A DNA stretch of 48,990 nt from a virus. The first letter of the stretch is position 1; each line of letters opens with the position of its first letter. Below, one piece after another: positions 31,939-39,306 of this stretch. Where the stretch lies: positions 1 through 48,990 of the IMG/VR virus record IMGVR_UViG_3300048916_000093, one strand, 5' to 3'. The notes below the pieces were generated by a model. The model had not been told where the DNA came from and did not search any database. It saw only the letters and a list, made by a program, of their open reading frames with translations. The translations under genes and the position numbers were made by a program.

Positions 31939-31954
31939 TTGACCGTGTCGTCAA
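31939..31954 (+). promoter_or_regulatory. TTGAC-CGTGTC-GTCAA palindrome / promoter (GAGCTTGACCG), -10 TTAACG at 31962-31967
   Basis: ATG 31977 follows 10 nt after the -10, with no SD. Confidence 0.45.
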
Positions 31955-31976
31955 CCGACCGTTAACGTCGCGCCCC

Positions 31977-32435
31977 ATGACCGACTATGCCACACCCCGC
32001 GAAATCCAGCTTTGGGCCGCCCAGATCATGCTGGACCGCGACCCCGATCAAATCATCGGGCCGGAGGACAACCCTTACCTCTTGCGGTGGTTCGTGACGC
32101 CGCGCTCGCCCTTTGGGAATGTCTATCTCCACAAGATATTGCGGAGCGATGATGACCGGGCGCTCCACGATCACCCGTGGGAAAATCGTTCGCTGGTAAT
32201 CGCCGGAGGCTATTGGGAGCATGTTTCGCCAATCACGAAATTTTGGCGCGGCCCTGGATCGAGTATTTCGCGGGGAGCTGATGCCGCCCATAGGCTGGAG
32301 CTGCCGACCTATCGTCTCCGCCCGGTGCCGTGCGTGTCGCTGTTCTTCACCGGCCCGAAAACCCGCGAGTGGGGCTTCCATTGCGAGGGTGGCTGGCGGC
32401 ATTGGGAAGAATTCGACGTCCAGGGGTGCGAATGA
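31977..32435 (+). CDS. Hypothetical protein with HDHPW motif (cupin-like?)
   Basis: 152 aa from ATG 31977. It contains NVYLHKILRSDDDRALHDHPWENRSLVIAGGYWE. The family is not confidently recognised. It lies between terS and terL. Confidence 0.6.
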   Translation: MTDYATPREIQLWAAQIMLDRDPDQIIGPEDNPYLLRWFVTPRSPFGNVYLHKILRSDDDRALHDHPWENRSLVIAGGYWEHVSPITKFWRGPGSSISRGADAAHRLELPTYRLRPVPCVSLFFTGPKTREWGFHCEGGWRHWEEFDVQGCE

Positions 32436-32701
32436 TGACCGACATTGCCCACCTCGCGCTCGAAATGCAGCAAGGCCGGTTCCCGGAGTGGTCCCCTCGC
32501 CTGATTATCCGCATAGGCGACGCCATCCGCGAAACGCTCGATCAACACGAGCTATTGCTAGCCGGCGAGCTGCCCCAGCTCATTGACGACGAAATGCGCC
32601 TTCGCGATATCCTCATAGCGTTCGGCGCGCTCGCCAAAGACGATCGCACGACCGGGCCGCTCGATCTCGTCGAAATCCTCCTACCACCCCAGGAGTCTTG
32701 A
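32432..32701 (+). CDS. Hypothetical protein (89 aa)
   Basis: ATGA overlap. Confidence 0.6.
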   Translation: MMTDIAHLALEMQQGRFPEWSPRLIIRIGDAIRETLDQHELLLAGELPQLIDDEMRLRDILIAFGALAKDDRTTGPLDLVEILLPPQES

Positions 32702-32703
32702 TC

Positions 32704-32910
32704 ATGAAAGCGGGCATTATCCTTGACGATTGGAAATTGCCGGTTTTTCGCAAGCGATTGACGGCGGCCGGGTACACCTACACCGACGCGGGCGGCCTCG
32801 CCCACGATACGACGGTTTTGACGGTCGAAACGGACAACGTCTTGGGGCTCAAATCGGTACTTGAGGCGTGCCAAACCGAGTGCGCGCGTACCGGTCGTCC
32901 CCGCTCGTAA
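32704..32910 (+). CDS. Hypothetical protein (68 aa)
   Basis: AGGAG lies 8 nt upstream of ATG 32704. Confidence 0.6.
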   Translation: MKAGIILDDWKLPVFRKRLTAAGYTYTDAGGLAHDTTVLTVETDNVLGLKSVLEACQTECARTGRPRS

Positions 32911-34538
32911 TGCTTCCCGTCTTCGATTGGAAACACCCTGATTACGGGCCGATCTTCGCCCATCGCCTGGGCGTCTATCGCGATATTAAGGATGACGTCG
33001 TTGCGCGTCTCCAGCTCAAGGCGTGGTACAAAGACCACCCGGCGGATTTCATCAACGATTGGGGCGTCACCTTCGACCCGCGGCTAGCGGCCAAGGGCGT
33101 TCCGACCGTGGTCCCCTTCATCCTGTTCGACAAGCAGCGCGAGTGGGTCGATTGGTTCCTAGAGCGCTGGGCCATGAACGAACCGGGCTTGACGGAGAAG
33201 AGTCGCGACATGGGCGTCTCGTGGCTGGCGGTCGCGACGTGTTCCACGCTGGCGAATTTCCGCGAGGGCCTCACCTTCGGGTTCGGGTCGCGTAAGGAAG
33301 AATATGTCGACAAGATCGGCTCGCCTAAGTGCCTGTTCTGGAAGGCGCGCCAATTCATGACCTATCTCCCCGCGGAATTTACCGGGGGATGGGATGCCAA
33401 GCGAGATAGCGCGCACATGCGCCTCTCCTTCCCCCTCACGGGCAGCACGATCACTGGCGAGGCCGGCGACAACATCGGGCGTGGCGATCGTGCGTCCGCG
33501 TACCTCGTCGACGAGGAAGCCTATCTTGAGCGCCCCCAGCTCGTCGAAGCCGCGCTCTCGCAAACCACGGACTGCCGGATTGGGATTTCGAGCGCGAACG
33601 GCATGGGCAACCCTTTCGCGGAGAAGCGCCACTCCGGGCGAATTCCCGTCTTCACCTTCCATTGGCGGAGCGACCCGCGCAAAGATGACGCGTGGTACGC
33701 CAAGCAATGCGAGTTGCTGGACCCTGTCACCGTCGCCCAAGAGATCGACATAAATTACAGCGCCAGCGTTGAGGGCCTCGTCATGCCCAGCGATTGGCTC
33801 CAGGCGTGCGTCGACGCCCATATCAAGCTGGGCTTCGAACCGACGGGCGCAAAAAAGATCGGATTCGACGTAGCCGACGAAGGGCGTGACAAGAACGCCG
33901 ACGCTGGTACGCATGGCGTCGTCCTCATGCATCTGGAGGAATGGAGCGGCAAGGGCATGGATATCGCCGGCTCGACGCAAAAGGCCATGGGCCACGCGGA
34001 CGATTTCGGTTGCGACGATCTCCACTACGACGCGGACGGCCTGGGCGCGGACGTCAAGGGCGCGGCGCGGCTACTCAACGACAAGCGCACCGAAGAAAAT
34101 CGTCCCACCATATCGGTCACGGCTTTCCGGGGGAGCAACAAGGTTTTCGCCCCAAAGAGCGAGGACGTGCCCGGCCGTCTCAATGAGGATTTCTTCGCCA
34201 ATCGTAAGGCGCAATCGTGGTGGGACCTACGTCGCCGCGCCTACAAGACGTGGCGAGCCGTAATCTTCGGCGACCCCTACCCTCACGACGAGCTTATGAG
34301 CTTCGATAGCGCCTCGCTCAACGCGCCCAGGCCCAGCGCGCCCTACGGCATCATGGGGCGAATGATGGTGGAGCTGGCTCAACCGACCTACAAAAAGAAT
34401 GAAGCGGGCAAGCTGGTAATCAACAAAACGCCGGAGGGAATGAAGAGCCCCAACCTTGCCGACGCGGTCATGATAGTGTTTAGTCGCGCCTATCGCGCGC
34501 CGATGGCGGTTCGTGAGGAAGAGCTAGAGGAAATCTAG
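32910..34538 (+). CDS. terL: Terminase large subunit
   Basis: 542 aa with a TAATG overlap. The motifs include DKQREWVDWFLERW, SRDMGVSWLAVA and ASAYLVDEEAYL (Walker B-like), followed by a nuclease-like C half. Confidence 0.85.
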   Translation: MLPVFDWKHPDYGPIFAHRLGVYRDIKDDVVARLQLKAWYKDHPADFINDWGVTFDPRLAAKGVPTVVPFILFDKQREWVDWFLERWAMNEPGLTEKSRDMGVSWLAVATCSTLANFREGLTFGFGSRKEEYVDKIGSPKCLFWKARQFMTYLPAEFTGGWDAKRDSAHMRLSFPLTGSTITGEAGDNIGRGDRASAYLVDEEAYLERPQLVEAALSQTTDCRIGISSANGMGNPFAEKRHSGRIPVFTFHWRSDPRKDDAWYAKQCELLDPVTVAQEIDINYSASVEGLVMPSDWLQACVDAHIKLGFEPTGAKKIGFDVADEGRDKNADAGTHGVVLMHLEEWSGKGMDIAGSTQKAMGHADDFGCDDLHYDADGLGADVKGAARLLNDKRTEENRPTISVTAFRGSNKVFAPKSEDVPGRLNEDFFANRKAQSWWDLRRRAYKTWRAVIFGDPYPHDELMSFDSASLNAPRPSAPYGIMGRMMVELAQPTYKKNEAGKLVINKTPEGMKSPNLADAVMIVFSRAYRAPMAVREEELEEI

Positions 34539-34540
34539 GC

Positions 34541-37114
34541 ATGACCTTTCGCGCGCTGCGGCACGCCGTAATTCGCGCCCTGGGGGGCACGACCGACATG
34601 GCCCCAGCCGTGATCGATTATCGCAAAGGACCTCCTGTCGAACCACGCCGCGTCGCCGGCCTGGGGATGACCGATCAGGATATCGCAGACGCAACGCCGC
34701 CCGAACCGTCGGTGTCGGCCTATGCCATGCCGAAATCTCCGCCGTGGCTCCCGTCATCGGCCGGCGGCATCGCCATGGATAGCGCGGGAATGCCCCCCGC
34801 CCTCACCGCGGCGTCGCTTTATGCCTGGGCGGGCAATGGTGCCTTTGGTGAGGGCCTGGGCTTTCTGGGCTATCCCTATCTGGCGGAGCTTACCCAACGT
34901 CCCGAATATCGTCGCGTCTCCGAGATCTGGGCGGCCGAAGCGGTGCGTAAGTGGATCGAATTTAAAGGCGAAGGCGACCGGATAAAGAAAATCCAAAAAT
35001 CCTTGGAGCGCCTCAAGGTTCGTGACGTCATTCGCCACGCGATCGAGCTGGACGGTTTCATGGGTCGCGCCCAGATTTTCCCGGATCTCGGCTACCATGA
35101 CAACGACGGAGAGTTGCGCGCGATATTCGTCCCGAAGGCCAAGGTGGGCGTCGGCAAGCTCAAGGGGTTCACGGTGATCGAGCCGTTCTGGAGCTACCCT
35201 GGCTCCTACCAATCGACGAACCCCCTCGCCTCCGATTTCTACAAGCCGCGCGAGTGGTACGTCATGGGCAAGATCGTCGACAGCTCGTGGCTGATCACGA
35301 TTGTTGGGCGACCGATGCCGGACCTTCTCAAGCCAGCCTACGCGTTCGGCGGCCTCGCCCAGAGCCAAATGGTCAAGCCCTACGTGGACAACTGGCTCCG
35401 CACCCGCCAGAGCGTTTCCGACCTGATCCACTCATTCTCGACCATGGTCCTCAAGACCAACATGGCGACAATTATTCAAGGTGCGTTGGGCGGCGCGAAG
35501 AAGCTGCTTGACCGTATCAGGCTCTTCAACCGCGGGCGAGACAATCGCGGCCTCATGGCGATCGACAAGGATACGGAGGAACTCGAGAATGTCTCGACCC
35601 CCCTGGGCACGCTCGACAAGCTCCAGGCCCAAGCCCAAGAGCAAATCGCCAGCGTCGCCGGCATTCCGCTTGTCGTTCTCCTGGGCGTCACGCCGTCGGG
35701 CCTCAACGCGTCGAGCGATGGCGAGATCCGCACGTTCTATGCGACGATTGACGGCTATCTCTCGCGGGTAATCAAGCATCCGCTCCAGTACATTATCGAT
35801 TTGGTCCAGCTCGATCTTGACGGAACGATCGACCCCGACCTCACTTGGGATTTCATCCCCCTTTGGGAGACGCCCGAAGCGGAGAAGGCCAATATCCGCA
35901 AGGCCGACGCGGAAACCGATATCGCCTATTGCGCTGCCGGCGTGATCAGTAACGAAAATGTCCGAACGCGCATCACCACCGATCCGGAGAGCATCTATTA
36001 CGGGATGACTCTGGAAGAAGGCGAACCGCCGGCCGATCCGACCTTGGAAGACGATCTCGACGAGGAAGACGATCAGGAGGACGCGGACGGCGGCGGAGAG
36101 CCGGGAAAACCTAAAGGGGGCGTCACGCTCCCCAAGCTCCCTGCCCAGGATGCCCAGCCGGGCGAATTCGACGAAGGAAAGCATCCGCGCGCGCCGGACG
36201 GCAAATTCGGTTCGGGCGCTGGAGGTGGTGGCGCGCCCGCGGAGAAACCCAAGGGTGCCGTCGCGCCGGCTGTTCAATCGATCCTGGGCGACGAGGGCGT
36301 AACGCGGCTCCGCGAGCTGATCGCGGACAAGCAGAGCAAGGCGGCCGACATTATGGCCGTTCTTAAACCGCTCGACGAGGTGGGGCACAATATGACCCCT
36401 ACCCTCCCTCACGACACGACCCCGACCGATTCGTTTTGGCAAGGGCGCACCTACAGCGTCGACGGCAAGCCCGCGACGATTCAGGAGGTAGGCGAACACC
36501 TCGCGGCTACGGCCGAGCATTACGCGGGGCCTGGGGGCGTCAAGCAGCAACGCCGCGCGCGTATCCTCCTGGGGCCGCCGGCCGCCGGCAAGTCAACCAG
36601 CGCGGAAGAGATCGCGCGTCAAGGCGGCTATGCGATCGTGGACGGCGACGACGCCAAGAAGGTCATTCCAGAATTCGAGGGTGGCGTGGGCGCGAGCGCG
36701 GTTCACGAGGAAAGCTCGTATATGGCGGAAGCGGTGTTGGCGGACCAACTCAAGACCGGCAACAACGTCATTCTCCCGCTCGTGGGCGGCAAGCCGGGCT
36801 CGATCGAAAAGCGAATCAAGGTGTTGCGGGACGCCGGCTATGACGTCACCGTGGATCTCGTCGATGTTAACGAGGATGAAGCCGCGCGACGGATGGCTGG
36901 GCGCGCCATGAGGACCGGCCGCCATATCTCGTCGAGCTATTTCGCCTCGATTGGAAACGGCCCGCTCAACACCTATAATTATCTCAAGGATAAGAACCCG
37001 GATCTTGGGTTCGGAAGGATCAACGGCAATGGCGGACACAAAGAGGAACGATACGAGGAAGCCAGCAACCACCCCGACGCTACCCCCGGAAAGTCCCTAT
37101 TCGGAGGAAGCTAA
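34541..37114 (+). CDS. Portal protein (DUF1073-like) fused to a C-terminal Zeta-toxin-like P-loop kinase domain
   Basis: 857 aa. The portal body occupies about aa 1-490. An acidic/Gly linker contains KHPRAPDGKFG. The kinase-like domain has GPPAAGKST, IVDGDD and VILPLVGG. Confidence 0.85.
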   Translation: MTFRALRHAVIRALGGTTDMAPAVIDYRKGPPVEPRRVAGLGMTDQDIADATPPEPSVSAYAMPKSPPWLPSSAGGIAMDSAGMPPALTAASLYAWAGNGAFGEGLGFLGYPYLAELTQRPEYRRVSEIWAAEAVRKWIEFKGEGDRIKKIQKSLERLKVRDVIRHAIELDGFMGRAQIFPDLGYHDNDGELRAIFVPKAKVGVGKLKGFTVIEPFWSYPGSYQSTNPLASDFYKPREWYVMGKIVDSSWLITIVGRPMPDLLKPAYAFGGLAQSQMVKPYVDNWLRTRQSVSDLIHSFSTMVLKTNMATIIQGALGGAKKLLDRIRLFNRGRDNRGLMAIDKDTEELENVSTPLGTLDKLQAQAQEQIASVAGIPLVVLLGVTPSGLNASSDGEIRTFYATIDGYLSRVIKHPLQYIIDLVQLDLDGTIDPDLTWDFIPLWETPEAEKANIRKADAETDIAYCAAGVISNENVRTRITTDPESIYYGMTLEEGEPPADPTLEDDLDEEDDQEDADGGGEPGKPKGGVTLPKLPAQDAQPGEFDEGKHPRAPDGKFGSGAGGGGAPAEKPKGAVAPAVQSILGDEGVTRLRELIADKQSKAADIMAVLKPLDEVGHNMTPTLPHDTTPTDSFWQGRTYSVDGKPATIQEVGEHLAATAEHYAGPGGVKQQRRARILLGPPAAGKSTSAEEIARQGGYAIVDGDDAKKVIPEFEGGVGASAVHEESSYMAEAVLADQLKTGNNVILPLVGGKPGSIEKRIKVLRDAGYDVTVDLVDVNEDEAARRMAGRAMRTGRHISSSYFASIGNGPLNTYNYLKDKNPDLGFGRINGNGGHKEERYEEASNHPDATPGKSLFGGS

Positions 37115-37269
37115 CGAGCGACAGGTGGAATATTTGGAGGGACTTGTTTCGGGCGCGGTGCCCTCTCCCTTTTCCGGAGAAGCGGGTAAAAAGGGCTGAT
37201 AATTTCGCCGTCGAGTATTTTGCGGAGGTACTCGACACGCCGCGCCTCGTTTTCTTCATCCTGGGGCAT
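37111..37269 (-). CDS. Possible 52-aa ORF downstream of the RHH gene (doubtful)
   Basis: MPQDEENEARRVEYLRKILDGEII... It overlaps the RHH gene by 14 nt and has AAAGGAA upstream. The C-terminus is low-complexity, and its stop overlaps the portal stop. Confidence 0.3.
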   Translation of the reverse strand: MPQDEENEARRVEYLRKILDGEIISPFYPLLRKRERAPRPKQVPPNIPPVAR

Positions 37270-37411
37270 TGCCCAGTTTCCTTTCGATAGCGTCGACAAT
37301 CCACGTATTGCGATCGGGCAAGAGGCCGGCGGCCGTCATGCGCTCCAGTGTCGCCACCGGAATACGCACGAGGACCGCGGCGCGTTCGCCTTTCTTGGCA
37401 GGGTTCGGCAT
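37256..37411 (-). CDS. Ribbon-helix-helix (CopG/Arc-like) DNA-binding protein, 51 aa (below the ORF-track cutoff)
   Basis: Hand-translated: MPNPAKKGERAAVLVRIPVATLERMTAAGLLPDRNTWIVDAIERKLGNAPG. It shows the beta-strand then two-helix pattern of RHH proteins. The ATG is the 7th nt after a TAGATA -10. Confidence 0.6.
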   Translation of the reverse strand: MPNPAKKGERAAVLVRIPVATLERMTAAGLLPDRNTWIVDAIERKLGNAPG

Positions 37412-37412
37412 C

Positions 37413-37424
37413 CTTGATATCTAG
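37413..37424. promoter_or_regulatory. Operator site 1: CTTGATATCTAG
   Basis: It is identical to site 3 (39186-39197) and overlaps the -10 of the RHH promoter and the stop codon of the DUF3560-like gene. Confidence 0.6.
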
Positions 37425-37446
37425 CCTCGCGCCGCGAGGAAGGCAA
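37418..37446 (-). promoter_or_regulatory. Promoter candidate (minus): TTGCCT-N17-TAGATA
   Basis: Read on the minus strand. It would yield a leaderless RHH mRNA. Confidence 0.45.
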
Positions 37447-38083
37447 GGACCGCCTGGGCCGCCCGCTTCCCGTTCGGGGTTAACTGGCGTTGCCATGCGC
37501 CCAAGCTCGGAGCCCAGCGGAAGGCGTGGCGCTTGAGCTGGGCGATAACGTCGGGGTCAGGCTTGCCGTCGAACACGAGCTGGACGCGCTCCAGTGCCTC
37601 ATTCTCGACGTACCGGCCGCCGTCGAAGCCCCTCCCCTCCACCACGGGAGCCGCGGCGATCACCGCGCGTCGTTCGGCAAGGCGAAGCTGTTTCTCCGCC
37701 CAGGCTCGCGCTCCATTGGCGAAGTCGAGATATTCGCCCAGGCGGGCGTACTCGACGTCCATCCGCTTCCGGTTGCGATCGGCCGGGAAATTTGCCGGAC
37801 CCGTAATCATGGGGTTCGCGGTGCGCGCGCCGGCCGCCTGATACTTCGCCCACTTGGCGACGAACCGCGGGAACCACCGCATGACGAGCAAGGGAGCCTG
37901 GGGGCCGGCGGCGTGTTTGATCGCAGCGATACCGTTGAGGGCGGCGTCGACCGCGTCGTCTAAGGCCCGCTCGGCGCGCTTTCCCGGATCGAAGGTCCGC
38001 CAATTGAAGCTGGAGACGAAGGCTTCCGCGCCGCCCATCCGGGCGACGAGGCAAGCGAGGATCGGGGTGTATGGGTGTGCCAT
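37421..38083 (-). CDS. DUF3560-like protein
   Basis: 220 aa with AGGAGG 8 nt upstream. The C-terminus ERVQLVFDGKPDPDVIAQLKRHAFRWAPSLGAWQRQLT matches my recollection of the DUF3560 signature. Confidence 0.65.
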   Translation of the reverse strand: MAHPYTPILACLVARMGGAEAFVSSFNWRTFDPGKRAERALDDAVDAALNGIAAIKHAAGPQAPLLVMRWFPRFVAKWAKYQAAGARTANPMITGPANFPADRNRKRMDVEYARLGEYLDFANGARAWAEKQLRLAERRAVIAAAPVVEGRGFDGGRYVENEALERVQLVFDGKPDPDVIAQLKRHAFRWAPSLGAWQRQLTPNGKRAAQAVLAFLAARG

Positions 38084-38085
38084 GA

Positions 38086-38397
38086 TTAAGCCTCCTGGGG
38101 TTCGACGACGCGGACGTAAGGACGGCCGCCCATGGTGCTGATCACGATCAGCGCTGCGGTACGGACGTCGATCCCTTCCGCGATGTTGAGCGCCTCCGCG
38201 TGACGGTCCATTTCGTCGTAGGTGTCCGCGTGCGCCCAGTGTTCGGGGATGGGGATATATCCGGGCTCATTGGCGACCGCCACGCCCAACCGCGCCGCGT
38301 AACGCTCGCCATTGACGTTGACGAAACACCACACCTTGCCGGCGACTGCCGCGTCTAGGCCGCATTCGAAACGACCCTCAATGGTGAATTCCTTCAT
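38086..38397 (-). CDS. Hypothetical protein (103 aa)
   Basis: MKEFTIEGRFECGLDAAVAGKVWCF... It has an ATGA overlap with the upstream 45-aa ORF. Confidence 0.6.
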   Translation of the reverse strand: MKEFTIEGRFECGLDAAVAGKVWCFVNVNGERYAARLGVAVANEPGYIPIPEHWAHADTYDEMDRHAEALNIAEGIDVRTAALIVISTMGGRPYVRVVEPQEA

Positions 38398-38531
38398 TTG
38401 CCGTGTCCTTTCAAAAGAGCGTGGATCATACGTGCTTCGCGTCCGCCGACATGTGCCTTGCGGCGGGCCTGGGCGATGGCGGCTTCGACGGCCTCCGCGT
38501 TGTAGCGGGGAGCTTGGGGTTCTTTTTGCAT
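38394..38531 (-). CDS. Hypothetical 45-aa protein (below the ORF-track cutoff)
   Basis: Hand-translated: MQKEPQAPRYNAEAVEAAIAQARRKAHVGGREARMIHALLKGHGK. GAAAGGAA lies upstream. Confidence 0.45.
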   Translation of the reverse strand: MQKEPQAPRYNAEAVEAAIAQARRKAHVGGREARMIHALLKGHGK

Positions 38532-38550
38532 CAACCGTTCCTTTCGATCT

Positions 38551-38564
38551 ACTTGATATCAAGT
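38551..38564. promoter_or_regulatory. Operator site 2: perfect 14-bp palindrome ACTTGATATCAAGT
   Basis: It overlaps the -10 (TATCAA) of the minus promoter TTGACG-N17-TATCAA (38553-38581). Confidence 0.6.
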
Positions 38565-38776
38565 TATGGCTTTGCCGTCAAGCTCTTTTTCACCTGATTT
38601 CGCCAAAAATCTCGCTCGCCGCGGAGCATCTGGCCAACCGGGTTTTTCGCGTCGAACATGCGGGCGGTGCGAGTGAGATTGTCCAGGATCTCGGCCGCGC
38701 CTTCGAAACCGTGATCATTGAGCCACTCGCGCCCTTCGCGGATGCCGGCGAGGTATTCTTGCGTCACCTGGGCCAT
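38564..38776 (-). CDS. Hypothetical protein (70 aa)
   Basis: It is tightly packed with its neighbours. No family recognised. Confidence 0.6.
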   Translation of the reverse strand: MAQVTQEYLAGIREGREWLNDHGFEGAAEILDNLTRTARMFDAKNPVGQMLRGERDFWRNQVKKSLTAKP

Positions 38777-38777
38777 G

Positions 38778-38981
38778 TCAGAGATACCCGTAGAAGCGGA
38801 TACCGGCGAAAGAGCCGATCAGGTCGAGTCCTTCCAGCAAGAGTCGCCCGGTCGCGGGAACCCAATAATCCGCTGGCTGTCCGTTCCAACCGACGGTGGG
38901 CATTTCGGCCGCTTCCGCCGCGACGATATTGGTGCATTCATAGTCACGGCCAGCGTAATTGCGGTTGCGGAAGATCGGCAT
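38778..38981 (-). CDS. Hypothetical protein (67 aa)
   Basis: It has 1-nt spacers to its neighbours. Confidence 0.6.
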   Translation of the reverse strand: MPIFRNRNYAGRDYECTNIVAAEAAEMPTVGWNGQPADYWVPATGRLLLEGLDLIGSFAGIRFYGYL

Positions 38982-38982
38982 A

Positions 38983-39177
38983 TTATTTCCCCTTCGGAAG
39001 GTGACGGGCGATTTCCTCGTCGGTCATGCTGTCGAGCGCGATCAGGCAGGAACCGCCGGCCCGGAGGACCATCACGGTGCGAACCCCGTCGATCTTGCCC
39101 TTGTAGTCGCGGTGCATGGCGCGATAGATTTGATCGAGCTGCTTCTCGCGTTCCGTCTTCATGGCGGTAGTCTCCAT
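38983..39177 (-). CDS. Hypothetical protein (64 aa; more likely 59 aa from ATG 39162)
   Basis: GGAG lies 9 nt before the second ATG (MKTEREKQLDQIY...). Confidence 0.6.
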   Translation of the reverse strand: METTAMKTEREKQLDQIYRAMHRDYKGKIDGVRTVMVLRAGGSCLIALDSMTDEEIARHLPKGK

Positions 39178-39185
39178 CGGTGATG

Positions 39186-39197
39186 CTTGATATCTAG
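39186..39197. promoter_or_regulatory. Operator site 3: CTTGATATCTAG
   Basis: It overlaps the -10 (TAGATA on the minus strand) of the island's first promoter. Confidence 0.6.
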
Positions 39198-39203
39198 TGT
39201 AAG

Positions 39204-39215
39204 CTTGATATCAAG
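39204..39215. promoter_or_regulatory. Operator site 4: perfect palindrome CTTGATATCAAG
   Basis: It overlaps the -35/spacer of the minus promoter TTGACT-N17-TAGATA (39191-39219). Its centre is 18 bp from the centre of site 3. Confidence 0.6.
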
Positions 39216-39306
39216 TCAAGAGGGAAAATGCGCCGACGAGAAAATTCCTTGAGGCCCTGCGGCCAAACCGGTACGCTGGGGCTTCCTGGGGTGAGGGTAT
39301 TTTGAA

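Noticed and set aside
36571-37114. Zeta domain as part of a classical epsilon/zeta toxin-antitoxin module
   Set aside because: No small antitoxin ORF precedes it, and it is covalently fused to the portal. The neighbouring RHH gene is on the opposite strand with its own promoter. A TA-module reading is therefore unsupported.
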